Notes under the pieces: generated by a model
Seen by the model: the letters and a program-made list of their open reading frames with translations, nothing else
Databases searched by the model: none
Told to the model about the DNA's origin: nothing
Shown here: one piece after another, positions 30,001-42,524 of the stretch
Position numbering within the stretch: position 1 is the stretch's first letter
Layout: each line of letters opens with the position of its first letter
Made by a program: the position numbers and the translations under genes
Assembly: GCF_963921235.1 (NCBI RefSeq)
Contig: NC_086108.1
Location: 99,140,001-99,204,000 of the forward strand
DNA from: Mobula hypostoma
Taxonomy: Eukaryota
Length of the DNA: 64,000 nucleotides
Reading direction: 5' to 3'

Positions 30001-33000
30001 TACTCCTTATCCCCCTCACCACCTCACCTACACCAGACAGCATGTACTCCTTATCCCCTCACCGCCTCACCTACACCAGACAGCATGTACTCCTTATCTC
30101 TCCCACCTCACCTACACCAGACAGCATGTACTCCTTATCCCCCCTCACCACCTCACCTACACCATACAGCATGTACTCCTTAACCCCCTCACCACCTCAC
30201 CTACACCAGACAGCATGTACTCCTTATCCCCCTCACCACCTCACCTTCACCAGACAGCATGTACTCCTTATCCCCCTCACCACCTCACCTACACCAGACA
30301 GCATATCCTTCTTATACCCCGCTCACCACCTCACCTATACCAGACAGCAGGTACTCCTTATCCCCCTCACCACCTCACCTTCACCAGACAGCTTGTACTC
30401 CTTATCCCCCTCACCACCTCAGCTTCACCAAGGAGCATGGACTCCTTATCCCTCTCACCACCTCACCTACACCAGACAGCATGTACTCCTTAACCCCCTC
30501 ACCACCTCACCTACAACAGATTGCATGTACTCCTTATCCCCCTCACCACCTCACCTTCACCAGACAGCATGTACTCCCTATCCCCCCCTCACCACCTCAC
30601 CTACACCAGACAGCATGTACTCCTTATCCCCCCTCACCACCTCACCTACACCAGACAGCATGTACTCCTTATCCCCCGTCACCACCTCACCTACACCAGA
30701 CAGCATGTACTCCTTATCCCCCTCACCACCTCACCTACAACAGATTGCATGTACTCCTTACCCCCCCTCACCACCTCACCTACACCAGACAGCATGTACT
30801 CCTTATCCCCCCTCACCACCTCACCTACACCAGACAGCATGTACTCCTTATCCCCCGTCACCACCTCACCTACACCAGACAGCATGTACTCCTTATCCCC
30901 CTCACCACCTCACCTACAACAGATTGCATGTACTCCTTACCCCCCCTCAGCACCTCACCTACACCAGACAGCATGTACTCCTTATCCCCCCTCACCACCT
31001 CACCTACACCAGACAGCATGTACTCCTTATCACCCCGTCACCACCTCACCTTCACCAGACAGCATGTACTCTTATCATCCCCTCACCACCGCACCTACAC
31101 CAGACAGCATGTACTCCTTATCCCCCTCACCACCTCACCTACACCAGACAGCATGTACTCCTTATCCCCTTCACCACCTCACCTACACCAGACAGCATGT
31201 ACTCCTTATCCCCCCTCACCACCTCACCTACACCAGACAGCATGTACTCCTTATCACCCTCACCACATCACCTACACCAGACAGCATGTACTCCTTATCC
31301 CCCCTCACCACCTCACCTTCAGCAGACCGCTTGTACTCCTTATCCCCCTCACCACCTCACCTTCACCAAGCAGCATGGACTCCTTATCCCCCTCACGACC
31401 TCACCTACACCAGACAGCATGTACTCCTTATCTCTCCCACCTCAGCTACACCAGACACCATGTACTGCTTATCCCCCTCACCACCTCACCTACACCAGAC
31501 AGCATGTACTCCTTATCCCCCGTCACCACCTCACCTACACCAGACAGCATGTACTCCTTATCCCCCTCACCACCTCACCTATCACAGGTTGCATGTACTC
31601 CTTATCCCCTTCACCACCTCACCTACACCAGACAGCATGTTCTCCTTATCCCCCTCAACACCACACCTATAACAGAACCTCACCTACACCAGACTGCATG
31701 TACTCCTTATCCCCCTCACCACCTCACCTACACCAGACATCATGTACTCCTTATCCCCCTCACCACCTCACCTACACCAGACAGCATGTACTCCTTATCC
31801 CCCTCACCACCTCACCTACACCAGACAGCATGTACTCCTTATCCCCCTCACCACCTCACCTTCACCAGACATCATGTACTCCTTATCCCCCTCACCACCT
31901 CACCTACACCAGACAGCATGTACTCCTTATCCCCCTCACCAGCTCACCTTCACCAGACAGCATGTACTCCTTATCCCCCTCACCACCTCACCTACACCAG
32001 ACAGCATGTACTCCTTATCCCCCGTCACCACCTCACCTACACCAGACAGCATGTACTCCTTATCCCCCTCACCACCTCACCTACAACAGATTGCATGTAC
32101 TCCTTACCCCCCCTCAGCACCTCACCTACACCAGACAGCATGTACTCCTTATCCCCCTCACCACCTCACCTACAACAGATTGCATGTACTCCTTACCCCC
32201 CCTCAGCACCTCACCTACACCAGACAGCATGTACTCCTTATCCCCCCTCACCACCTCACCTACACCAGACAGCATGTACTCCTTATCCCCCCTCACCACC
32301 TCACCTACACCAGACAGCATGTACTCCTTATCACCCTCACCACATCACCTACACCAGACAGCATGTACTCCTTACCCCCCCTCACCACCTCACCTTCAGC
32401 AGACCGCTTGTACTCCTTATCCCCCTCACCACCTCACCTTCACCAAGCAGCATGGACTCCTTATCCCCCTCACGACCTCACCTACACCAGACAGCATGTA
32501 CTCCTTATCTCTCCCACCTCAGCTACACCAGACACCATGTACTGCTTATCCCCCTCACCACCTCACCTACACCAGACAGCATGTACTCCTTATCCCCCGT
32601 CACCACCTCACCTACACCAGACAGCATGTACTCCTTATCCCCCTCACCACCTCACCTATCACAGATTGCATGTACTCCTTATCCCCCCTCACCACCTCAC
32701 CTACACCAGACAGCATGTTCTCCTTATCCCCCTCAACACCACAGCTATAACAGAACCTCACCTACACCAGACTGCATGTACTCCTTATCCCCCTCACCAC
32801 CTCACCTACACCAGACATCATGTACTCCTTATCCCCCTCACCACCTCACCTACACCAGACAGCATGTACTCCTTATCCCCCTCACCACCTCACCTACACC
32901 AGACAGCATGTACTCCTTATCCCCCTCACCAGCTCACCTTCACCAGACAGCATGTACTCCTTATCCCCCTCACCACCTCACCTACACCAGACAGCATGTA

Positions 33001-35363
33001 CTCCTTATCTCTCCCACCTCACCTACACCAGACAGCATGTACTCCTTATCCCCCTCACCACCTCACCTACACCAGACAGCATGTACTCCTTATCCCCCTC
33101 AACACCTCACCTACACCAGACAGCATGTACTCCTTATCCCCCTCACCACCTCACCTACACCAGACAGCATGTACTCCTTATCCCCCTCAACACCTCACCT
33201 ACACCAGACAGCATGTACTCCTTATCCCCCGTCACCACCTCACCTACACCAGACAGCATGTACTCCTTAACCCCCTCACCACCTCACCTACACCAGACAG
33301 CATGTACTCCTTATCCCCCTCAACACCTCACCTACACCAGACAGCATGTACTCCTTATCCCCCTCACCACCTCACATACACCAGACAGCGTGTACTCCTT
33401 ATCCCCCCTCACTACCTCACCTACACCAGACAGCATGTACTCCTTATCCCCCTCACCACCTCACCTACACCAGACAGCATGTACTCCTTATCCCCCTCAC
33501 CTACACCAGACAGCGTGTACTCCTTATCCCCCTCACCACCTCACCTACACCAGACAGCATGTACTCCTTATCCCCCTCACCACCTCACCTACACCAGACA
33601 GAGCGTACCCCTTATCTCTCCCACCTCACCTGCACCAGACAGTATTTACTCCATATCCCCCCGTCACCAAATCACCGACACCAGGCAGCATGTACTCCTT
33701 ATCCCCCTCACCACCTCACCTACACCAGACAGCATGTACTCCTTACCCCCCCTCACCACCTCACCTATAGCAGACAGCACGTACTCCTTCCCCCCCGCTC
33801 ACCACCTCTCCTACACCAGACAGCATGTACTCCTTATCCCCCTGAACACCTCACGTACACCAGACAGCATGTACTCCTTATCACCCTCACCACCTGACCT
33901 ACACCAGACAGCATGTACTCCTTATCCCCCTCACCACCTCATCTACAACAGACAGCATGTACTCCTTATCCCCCTCAACACCACTCCTACAACAGAACCT
34001 CACCTACACCAGACAGCATGTTCTCCTTATCCCCCTCACCACCTCACCTACACCAGACAGCATGTACTCCTTATCCCCCTCACCACCTCACCTATAACAG
34101 AACCTCACCTACACCAGACTGCATGTACTCCTTATCCCCCTCACCACATCACCTACACCAGACAGCATGTACTCCTTATCCCCCTCACTACCTCACCTAT
34201 ACCAGACAGCATGTACTCCTTATCCCCCCCTCACCACCTCACCTACACCAGACAGCATGTACTCCTTATCCCCCTCACCACCTCACCTACACCAGACATC
34301 ATGTACTCCTTATCCCCCTCACCACCTCACCTACACCAGACAGCATGTACTCCTTATCCCCCTCACCACCTCACCTACACCAGACAGCATGTACTCCTTA
34401 TCCCCCTCACCACCTCACCTTCACCAGACATCATGTACTCCTTATCCCCCTCACCACCTCACCTACACCAGACAGCATGTACTCCTTATCCCCTCACCGC
34501 CTCACCTACACCAGACAGCATGTACTCCTTATCTCTCCCACCTCACCTACACCAGACAGCATGTACTCCTTATCCCCCCTCACCACCTCACCTACACCAT
34601 ACAGCATGTACTCCTTAACCCCCTCACCACCTCACCTACACCAGACAGCATGTACTCCTTATCCCCCTCACCACCTCACCTTCACCAGACAGCATGTACT
34701 CCTTATCCCCCTCACCACCTCACCTACACCAGACAGCATATCCTCCTTATACCCCCCTCACCACCTCACCTATACCAGACAGCAGGTACTCCTTATCCCC
34801 CTCACCACCTCACCTTCACCAGACAGCTTGTACTCCTTATCCCCCTCACCACCTCAGCTTCACCAAGGAGCATGGACTCCTTATCCCTCTCACCACCTCA
34901 CCTACACCAGACAGCATGTACTCCTTAACCCCCTCACCACCTCACCTACAACAGATTGCATGTACTCCTTATCCCCCTCACCACCTCACCTTCACCAGAC
35001 AGCATGTACTCCCTATCCCCCCCTCACCACCTCACCTACACCAGACAGCATGTACTCCTTATCCCCCCTCACCACCTCACCTACACCAGACAGCATGTAC
35101 TCCTTATCCCCCGTCACCACCTCACCTACACCAGACAGCATGTACTCCTTATCCCCCTCACCACCTCACCTACAACAGATTGCATGTACTCCTTACCCCC
35201 CCTCACCACCTCACCTACACCAGACAGCATGTACTCCTTATCCCCCCTCACCACCTCACCTACACCAGACAGCATGTACTCCTTATCCCCCGTCACCACC
35301 TCACCTACACCAGACAGCATGTACTCCTTATCCCCCTCACCACCTCACCTACAACAGATTGCA
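1..35363. repeat. 44-bp C-rich satellite array, consensus ATGTACTCCTTATCCCCCTCACCACCTCACCTACACCAGACAGC, roughly 790 monomers, runs off the left edge
   Basis: Head-to-tail repeats are directly visible. Monomer length is mostly 43-46 bp because the C-run after TTAT varies. The array ends abruptly at ...acaacagattgca (35363). Confidence 0.99.
27023..27222. other. assembly gap (200 N) inside the satellite
   Basis: Exactly 200 N, a round placeholder length typical of scaffolding joins. Confidence 0.99.
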
Positions 35364-35470
35364 GGTGTGTGAATGTATGTACCGTCCAGAGGAACGATGT
35401 TTCATTTAGCTGTATACATGTGTATGGCTGAATGTCAATAAATTTGACCTTGAAATTGAAATGAATTGAA
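35364..35470 (+). mobile_element. 3' tail of a non-LTR retroelement abutting the satellite
   Basis: ...gtatacatgtgtatggctgaatgtcAATAAA followed by degenerate (TTGAA)n repeats, the same tail design as other LINE ends in the window. Confidence 0.55.
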
Positions 35471-35597
35471 TAAGCTAACACAGCAGACTTGCTAAGAGCT
35501 GCTATTTTATTTGGAGGTCAAACACCAAATCTGACTTGAATGGGGATCGACACCATTGGTTTTGCTGCCTGAGGAGATTTCTGTTACACCCATTTCA

Positions 35598-35830
35598 GGC
35601 AGAACGGTAGCGTAGTGGTTAGTGTAATACTAACACAGCGCTCGCAACCCGGGTTCTATTCTGCTGCTGTCTGTAAGAGGTTTGCTCGTTCTCCCTTTGA
35701 GTACGTGGGCTTCCTCCGTACACTTCAGTTTCCTCTCACATTCCAAAGACCTGTGTGTTAGTCGGTTAATTGGGTGGTACGAGCGCGATGGGCTGGAAGG
35801 ACCTGTTACCGTGTTGTTTCTCTAAATAAA
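35598..35830 (+). mobile_element. tRNA-derived SINE (V-SINE/HE1-like)
   Basis: Pol III A box (tagcgtagtgg), B box (ggttctattc), V-domain-like core (gttctccc...tcctcc...cacattccaaagac) and an A-rich end. Confidence 0.8.
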
Positions 35831-36509
35831 AAGTAAAATAGCCTCATTAGTCGGAAAATAATCATAGTTAAGTGCTGGCACTGAATTACTGCAGTGTTTA
35901 TTGTACTCACAACCCAGCAGTTGGCTCAACTGAAACAAAGAGTTAAATTCTCCATGGTGCTTCACGGGTTAAAATGTCTATTTTCAATATAAAGCTCTCC
36001 TTGTGGGAGAGTGAAATTCATTATACTTTTCTTGCGTGCAGTTTTGAAATTGAGCAGAGGTATCATGAACTAGGACATCAGATAATAGTCTCTCTTAAGA
36101 GAGTGTGATATTACCTCGTGCTGCACAGACAAGAAACATAATCTCACAGATCAGTGGGTTATTATGGATGACTACGAGTCAATCATCTTTCTTAAAGCTT
36201 CCTGACTGGTGCTGAATTAGCAAGGATAAATAAATCATAGGTGCTTCCACACACATCAGTGATGTTGGTATTAGATACCGCCTACATATTTGTAATACGG
36301 TGCTATTTTTTTTGTGTGAACTTTCTCAACAGGCCCATGGGTAAGCGCACAGCTACGTTCCGCAAATGTGAAAACACTGGATAAATCAATACTTGCAAGC
36401 CTCACCTCTGTATTTCCTGTTTGCTCTGTTGGGGTTGTTGGTAAACCACTTCAAAGTTCAAAGTTCAAAGTAAATTTATCACCATATACTCTCTGAGACT
36501 CATTTCTTC

Positions 36510-37155
36510 TCATTGTTACCATCAGGAAAGAGATACTGAGGCCTGAAGGCACAAACTCAACACTTCAGGAACAGCTTCTTCCCCTCTGCCATCTGATTTC
36601 TGAATGGACATTGAATCCATGAACACTGTCTCACTGCTTTTTTTTATCTCCTTTTTTGCACTACAGTACTTATATATTTAACTATTTAATATTTTGTGGT
36701 GCTCTGGGGGAGGCATGGTCGAACAGCTCGCCCCAGCATTCCTGGGGGCCTTTGCTACTTATTGTTCTTGTTTTAAAATGCGTTCATGGGCTTATGGTGG
36801 GATGTTGAAGTTCATTTATTGTTACATTTTAGCTCGAGTTACACATGTGTGTTTGCGGGTCACCCTGACTTTAACCGGGTGTGTACTAATCATCTCCTCC
36901 CGTGTGTATGAGACTGAGCAGTTCTCTCCCTGGTTATTGCATCCGGTCTGTTTTTATGCTTATCACAACAACCATGGCAGCTGAGTTAAACGAGCTTCTC
37001 TCGTCTGCTCACCATATATAATGCTCACCACAATATATATATATTTACTGTAATTCACAGGTTGTTTTCTATATTATCATGAATTGCATTGTACTGCTGG
37101 TGCAAAGTTAACACATTTCACAACATATGCCAGTGATATTAAACCCGATTCTGAT
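36510..37155 (+). mobile_element. 3' end of a Rex1/Babar- or L2-like LINE, interrupted by an insertion at 36695-37032
   Basis: Degenerate C-terminal motif LLPSGKRY..LK..TQ.FRNSFFPSAI.FLN and a (GATTCT)n tail. Related copies lie at about 50455 and 62690. Confidence 0.65.
36695..37032. mobile_element. probable solo LTR
   Basis: About 338 bp with TG...CA ends and 7-bp terminal inverted repeats TGTGGTG/CACCACA, sitting in the AT-rich tract of a LINE tail. No clean TSD. Confidence 0.45.
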
Positions 37156-37366
37156 TTTCTTGCAGGCATTCACAGTAGAACAAGAAATACAAAAGAATCA
37201 ATGAAAAACTACACACAAGCAAAGACTGACAAACATGTACAGGCAGAAACTGTACCCTCTGCCATGTAGTGATCAAGAAAAGTTTGGCATTTCCAGATTA
37301 ATTTCACTTATTCCCATGAGGTGCCGATGTAGTTGGATGAAAAGGCCCTGAAATTCATCTGGCAGT

Positions 37367-37891
37367 AAGCACATCTTTCCCTCCCCCCCTCTCTCTGCAT
37401 TCTGCAGGGATCGCTCCCTACACAACTCCCTTGTCCATTCGTCCCCCCCATCCCTCCCCACTGATCTCCCTCCTGGCACTTATCCGTGTAAGCGGAACAA
37501 GTGCTACACATGCCCTTACACTTCCTCCCTTACCATCATTCAGGGCCCCAAACAGCCCTTCCAGGTGAGGCATCACTTCACCTGTGAGTCGACTGGGGTG
37601 ATATACTGCGTCCGGTGCTCCCGATGTGGCCTTTTATATATTGGTGAGACCCGACGCAGACTGGGAGACCGCTTTGCTGAACATCTACGCTCTGTCCGCC
37701 AGAGAAAGCAGGATCTCCCAGTGGCCACACATTTTAATTCCACATCCCATTCCCATTCTGACATGTCTATCCACGGCCTCCTCTACTGTAAAGATGAAGC
37801 CACACTCAGGTTGGAGGAACAACACCTTATATTCCGTCTGGGTAGCCTCCAACCTGATGGCATGAACATTGACTTCTCTAACTTCCGCTAG
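37367..37891 (+). pseudogene. C-terminal part of the Penelope ORF: Cys-rich linker plus GIY-YIG endonuclease, open but lacking its 5' part
   Basis: Frame is open from KHIFPSPPLSAFCRDRSL through CKRNKCYTC, FTCESTGVIYCVRCSRCGLLYIGETRRRLGDRFAEH and HFN to LEEQHLIFRLGSLQPDGMN. Confidence 0.9.
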
Positions 37892-38184
37892 GCCCCACCT
37901 CCCCCTCGTACCCCAGCTGTTACTCATTTTTATGCACACATTCTTTCTCTCACTCTCCTTTTTCTCCCTCTGTCCCTCTGAATATACCTCTTGCCCATCC
38001 TCTGGGTCACCCCCCCCCTGTCTTTCTCCCTAGGCCTCCTGTCCCATGATCCTCTCGTATCCCCTTTTGCCTATCACCTGTCCAGCTCTCGGCTCTATCC
38101 CTCTCCCTCCTGTCTTCTCCTATCATTTTGCATCTCCCCCTCTCCCTCCAGCTTTCAAATCCCTTACTCACTCTTCCTTCAGTT

Positions 38185-38220
38185 AGTCCTGACGAAGGGT
38201 CTCGGCCTGAAACGTCGACT
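38185..38220 (+). ncRNA. minimal type I hammerhead ribozyme motif
   Basis: agtc-CTGACGA-a-gggt(ctcg)gcct-GAAA-cg-TC^-gact. Stem I is AGUC/GACU, helix III is the palindrome ACGU, predicted cut after 38216. Confidence 0.85.
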
Positions 38221-38589
38221 GCGCCTCTTCCTATAGATGCTGCTTGGCCTGCTGCGTTCACCAGCAACTTTGATGTATGTTGCTTGAATTTCCAGCATCT
38301 GCAGAATTCCTGTTGTATGCCAAATAGTCTATTCTTTTCACATGTACAGAATGCTTGTCTTGCAAATGGTTCATTCAGATCACAGTGCATCGGGGTAACT
38401 CAATAACAGAATGCAGAATAAAAGTGAAGCAGCTACAGAGGAAGTGTAGTGCCAGTGGAGAATAAGGTGAAAGATCATAATTTGATAGATTATGAGGCCA
38501 AGAGTCCATCTCATCATACTAGAGACCATTCAAAAGTCTTATAACAGCAGGGTAGAAGCTATTCTTGAGTGTGCATTCACGCTTTTGTG

Positions 38590-39645
38590 TTTTAGACCAT
38601 AAAACCATACGGAGCAGGACTATTTCATTCAACCACAGAATCTGTTCCACCATTCCACCTTGGGTAATTTCTTCACTCTCTCAACCCCATTCTTCTGCCT
38701 TCTTCCCATAACCTCTAATGCCCTTATTCATCAGGAACCTAGCAACCTCTATTTCCATCTTTAATATCTTTGTTTTTCTCTTTCGGGGTTCTTTTGAAGA
38801 CCCTGACCTGGGGTTACATGCAGACTTCAGTTCTTTGAGGGAATGGAACCCATTCTCGGGGTTTCAGGACTGGCCGTTGTTCGGCACGCCAAGGGTTCGG
38901 CCTGAGAGTCCGGCTCGTATTTGGAAGCCTAAGATCTTGGGGCTCTGGAGATGGGCGGATCGAGGGTCGATGTCACGGCAGGAGACCCTTGTGTCATCAG
39001 GGGGAGTTGGAAAGTCTACAGCTGTGGGCCTGAGGACCTGGGATCTTTGTGATCTTCAGGCACAAAACTGGAAAAAAGCGATGTAACAGACTTTTAACAT
39101 CGTAAACCAGTGAGCTGTTGTTACGTCTCCCCGCTCACTGGGAAAATGGAGACACCTCCCGCTGCCTTATTAGGGTGAGGGAGAATCTGTGGTATGTCGA
39201 ATGCCGGATGAAACACGAAGTCTTTGGGGTAACTGCAGCTCTGTGTCTTTGCTATTGCCTTGCTCACGCTTGAGTGCTCGGTGGTGCTGCTGATGCTTGC
39301 TTTTTTTGCTGGTGGGGGGAGGGGGGATTGTTGCTCGCTGCCGCTTATGGTGGGAGGGAAGATTTGGGGGGCGCTTTAGGGCTCTCACGTTTAACTGTCG
39401 TTCATTCTTTGGGGCATTTCTCTGTTTTTGTGGATGTTTTGCGAAGAAAAAGCATTTCAGGATGTATGTTGTATACATTTCTCTGACATTAAATTGAACC
39501 TTTGAATCTTTGAACCTCTGCTTTAGATAAACCCAATGACTTGGCCTCCACGGTTGTCTGTGGCAACGTATTTCACAGATTCACCACCCTCTTGCTAAAG
39601 AAATTCCTCCTCTACTCTATTCTAAAGGGACTTACTTCTATTCTG
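38590..39645 (-). mobile_element. CR1 LINE 3' end split by an insertion
   Basis: CR1 3' UTR and the ORF2 C-terminus (RNFFS.RVVNL) on the minus strand, resuming after the duplicated AACCTCT. Confidence 0.8.
38751..39512 (+). mobile_element. non-coding retroposon insertion with 7-bp TSD
   Basis: AACCTCT at 38744-38750 and 39513-39519. The 3' end has ATTAAA and (ACCTTTGA)-like repeats. No recognisable ORF. Confidence 0.7.
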
Positions 39646-39769
39646 CCTGATGCGAGAGGGGAAAAGAGAGTATTCCTGTGGTGATTGGGTCTTTCATTGT
39701 GCTGGCTGCTATCTGTTAGGCTATCTGGACAATAAATTCCTTTCTTTTGCCTTTCTCCATTCTTAAAGA

Positions 39770-40290
39770 GTGCAGTGATATTTGCCTACTTCCAGTCCTC
39801 CGGGACGATGCCAGAATCAAACGATTCTTAAAAGATCATGACCAATACACCCATTATTTCTTCTGCAACATCTCAGGACTCTGGGATGTAGTCCATCTGG
39901 CCCAGGTGACTTATCCGCTTTAAAAACTTTGAGTTTGCCTAGTACTTTTTCCTTTGCAATGACAATGGCACTCACTCCTGCTCTCTGACTCTCACGGACC
40001 TCTGGCACACTGCTAGTGATTTCCACAGTGAAGATAGTTGCAAAATACCCATTAAGCTCATCTGCCCTTTCTTTGTCCCCCATTACTACCTCTCCAGCAT
40101 CATTTTCCAGTGGTCCAATATCAACTCTCACCTCCTTTTTATTCTTTATATAACTGAAATAAACTTTTGGGTATCTTGCTTTATAGTATTGGCTAATCTG
40201 TCCTTATATTTCATCCTTTCCCTTCTTATAGCTTTTTTAGTTGCCCTTTGTTGGATCTTAAAAGCTTCCCAATCATCCAACTTTCCACTC
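39770..40290 (-). mobile_element. CR1 ORF2 fragment (between endonuclease and RT)
   Basis: RVDIGPLENDAGEVVMGDKERADELNGYFA...KSPGPDGLHPRVL, with frameshifts. Confidence 0.88.
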
Positions 40291-40294
40291 ACTC

Positions 40295-41310
40295 ACTCAA
40301 GTGCAACCCATCCCTTTTGAACAGGTCACACTAGCCCCAGAAGTCCCAGTGATCCAGAAATCTGAATCCCTGCCCCCTGCTCCAATTCTTCAGCCATGCA
40401 TTTACAATATCTGCCACCTCATTCTATTCCTATCCTCACTGTCATGTGGTACAGGCAGCAATCCTGCTACCCTTGAGGTCCTGCTTCTCAGCTTCCTTAC
40501 TAACTCCCTGTATTCTGTTTTCAGGATCTCCTCTCTTTTTCTTTCTATGTTGTTGGGACCAATATGCACCACAACCTCTGGTTGCTCAGTCTCCCTGTTC
40601 AGGATATTGTGGACACATTCAGAAACATCATGGATCCTGGCACCTGGGAGGCAAACTACTATCCATGTTTCCTGTTCGCGTCCACAGAATCGCCTGTCCC
40701 CCTGACTACAGTCCCCTATTACTGCTGCCCTCCTCTTCAGTTCCCTACCCTTCTGAGCCACAGGGCCAGACTCACTGGCAGAGACACAGCCGCTGTTACT
40801 TCCTGCAGGTAGGATCCACGCCATCCCCACCGTACTTAAAATGGACTACTTATTGTTGAGAGAGCCTGCCACAGGGATGCTCTCCACTATCCGACATTCT
40901 CCATTCCCTCTCCTGACAGTCACCCATTTACCTGACTCCTGCACCCTTGGGGTGACTATCTTCCTGTAGCTCCTGTCTATCATTGCTTCACTTTCCCTAA
41001 CAAGCCGTAGGTCATCGAGCTGTGGCTCCAGTTCCCTAACACGGTCTCTAAGGAACTGCTTCTCGATGCACCTGGTGTAGATGTGGCCATTCGAGAGGCT
41101 GGTAGTCTCTTGGAAATCCCACATCTGACACCCAGAGCAGAACACTGGCTCTGTAAACATACTCCCTATACTCTCAAGATTTAAACAAGAAATAAAGAAT
41201 GAATTTACCTACTTACCTTGCCTCTGTCGAAGCCCTGTTGAGCCAAAGCCTTACTATTCTGCCTCGGACTACACCGACGATGATCGCCCCCACGATGACG
41301 GCTCCGCTAG
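40295..41310 (-). mobile_element. CR1 5' region: UTR plus decayed ORF1 (Zn finger/leucine zipper and SGNH esterase)
   Basis: CSGCQMW...RC...LRDRVRELEPQLDDLRL followed by AVIGD...VVCLPGARIHDV...VVVHIGPNNI. Confidence 0.88.
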
Positions 41311-41329
41311 GCGGTATCCCTCTTGACTG

Positions 41330-42300
41330 GAATGCTAAGGGATTCTACAGACATGTTAAGAGCAATAGGATTGCAAGGGATCGTAAACTATAGAAGGACT
41401 AGATGAGACAGAGTTTGTCAAATGTGTTCAGGGAAGTTTCCTTAGTCAGTACATAGAAGTTCCAATGAGAGAGCATGCGATATTGATCTGCTATTAGGGA
41501 ATGAGACAGGGCAGGTGACAAAAGTTTGTGTAGAGGAACAATTTGCATTTGCTGATCACAATGCCATTGGTTTCAAAGCAAATATGAAAAAAAAGATAGG
41601 TTGAGATTCTAAACTGGAAAAAGGCCAATTTTGATGGTATCGGAAATGGCAAGTGTGGACTGGGACAGGCTGTTGTCTGGCAAAGATGTGCATGGAAATT
41701 GTGAGGCTTTCAAAAGTGAAATTTTTGAGAGTTCAATGCTTGTATGTGCCTGTCAGAATAAAAGGTAAAGATAACAGGTTTAAGAAACCTTGGTTTTCAA
41801 GAGATTTTGAGGCCATGGTTGAGAAAAAGAAGGAGGTGCATAGCAGGTATAGGCAGGTAGGAACAAAAGAGGTGCTTATGGAGTATAAGAAATGCAAGAG
41901 GACACTTAAGAAAGAAACCAGGAGGGCTAAAAGAAGGCACGAGGTTGCCATAGCAGACAAGGTGAAGGAGAATCCTAAGGGATTCTACAGATATGTTAAG
42001 AGCGACAGATTGCAAGGGACAAGCTGGTGAATGGCAATCTATGCATGGAGCTGAAGGAAATGGGGAGATCTTAATTGAAAGCTTTGCATCTGTATTTACT
42101 CAGGAGATAGATACAGAGTCTATAGGAGTGAGGCAAAGCAGCAGCAAGGTCATGGACCCTATACAGATTACAGTGGAAGAGGTGTTTGCTGTCTTGAGGC
42201 AAATTAGGGTGGATAAATCCTCAGGGTGACAAAGTTTTCCCTCAGGCCCTGTGCGAGGCAAGTGCAGAAACTACTGGAGTCATAGCAGAGATATTTAAAA
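41330..42300 (+). mobile_element. decayed CR1 ORF2 fragment
   Basis: KPWFSRD...KVKENPKGFYRYVKS and FASVFTQE...IRVDKSSG, with many disruptions. Confidence 0.85.
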
Positions 42301-42524
42301 AAGTTTAACAACAGGTGTGCGAATGTTAGGGCACTGAGTAACCAAAAGCTTTTGGCACATTGTCCTTCAAAATTAAAGTGTTGTTCAAAGTAAAACTTAC
42401 TTTCAGAGTACATACACCTCTGAGATTCTTTTCCTGTGGGCATACTTAGCAAACCTATAGAACAGTAACTGTAAACAGGATCAATGGACAATGAACTGTG
42501 CAAATGCAAATATAAATAAATCCC

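Larger units (their letters stand above)
37366..38315 (+). mobile_element. 5'-truncated Penelope-like element (GIY-YIG domain plus pseudo-LTR with hammerhead)
   Basis: GIY-YIG coding region, pyrimidine-rich 3' region, hammerhead core, and a tail shared with the copies at 43080 and 46091. Confidence 0.92.

Noticed and set aside
1..35363. CRISPR-like array
   Set aside because: There are no unique spacers and no cas genes, and the context is eukaryotic.
35598..35670. tRNA gene
   Set aside because: It has A and B boxes but no cloverleaf and continues into a SINE body.
38007..38406. Repeated short ORFs containing SPDEGSRPETST or LVNAAGQAAS
   Set aside because: They are translations of the hammerhead-containing non-coding pseudo-LTR.
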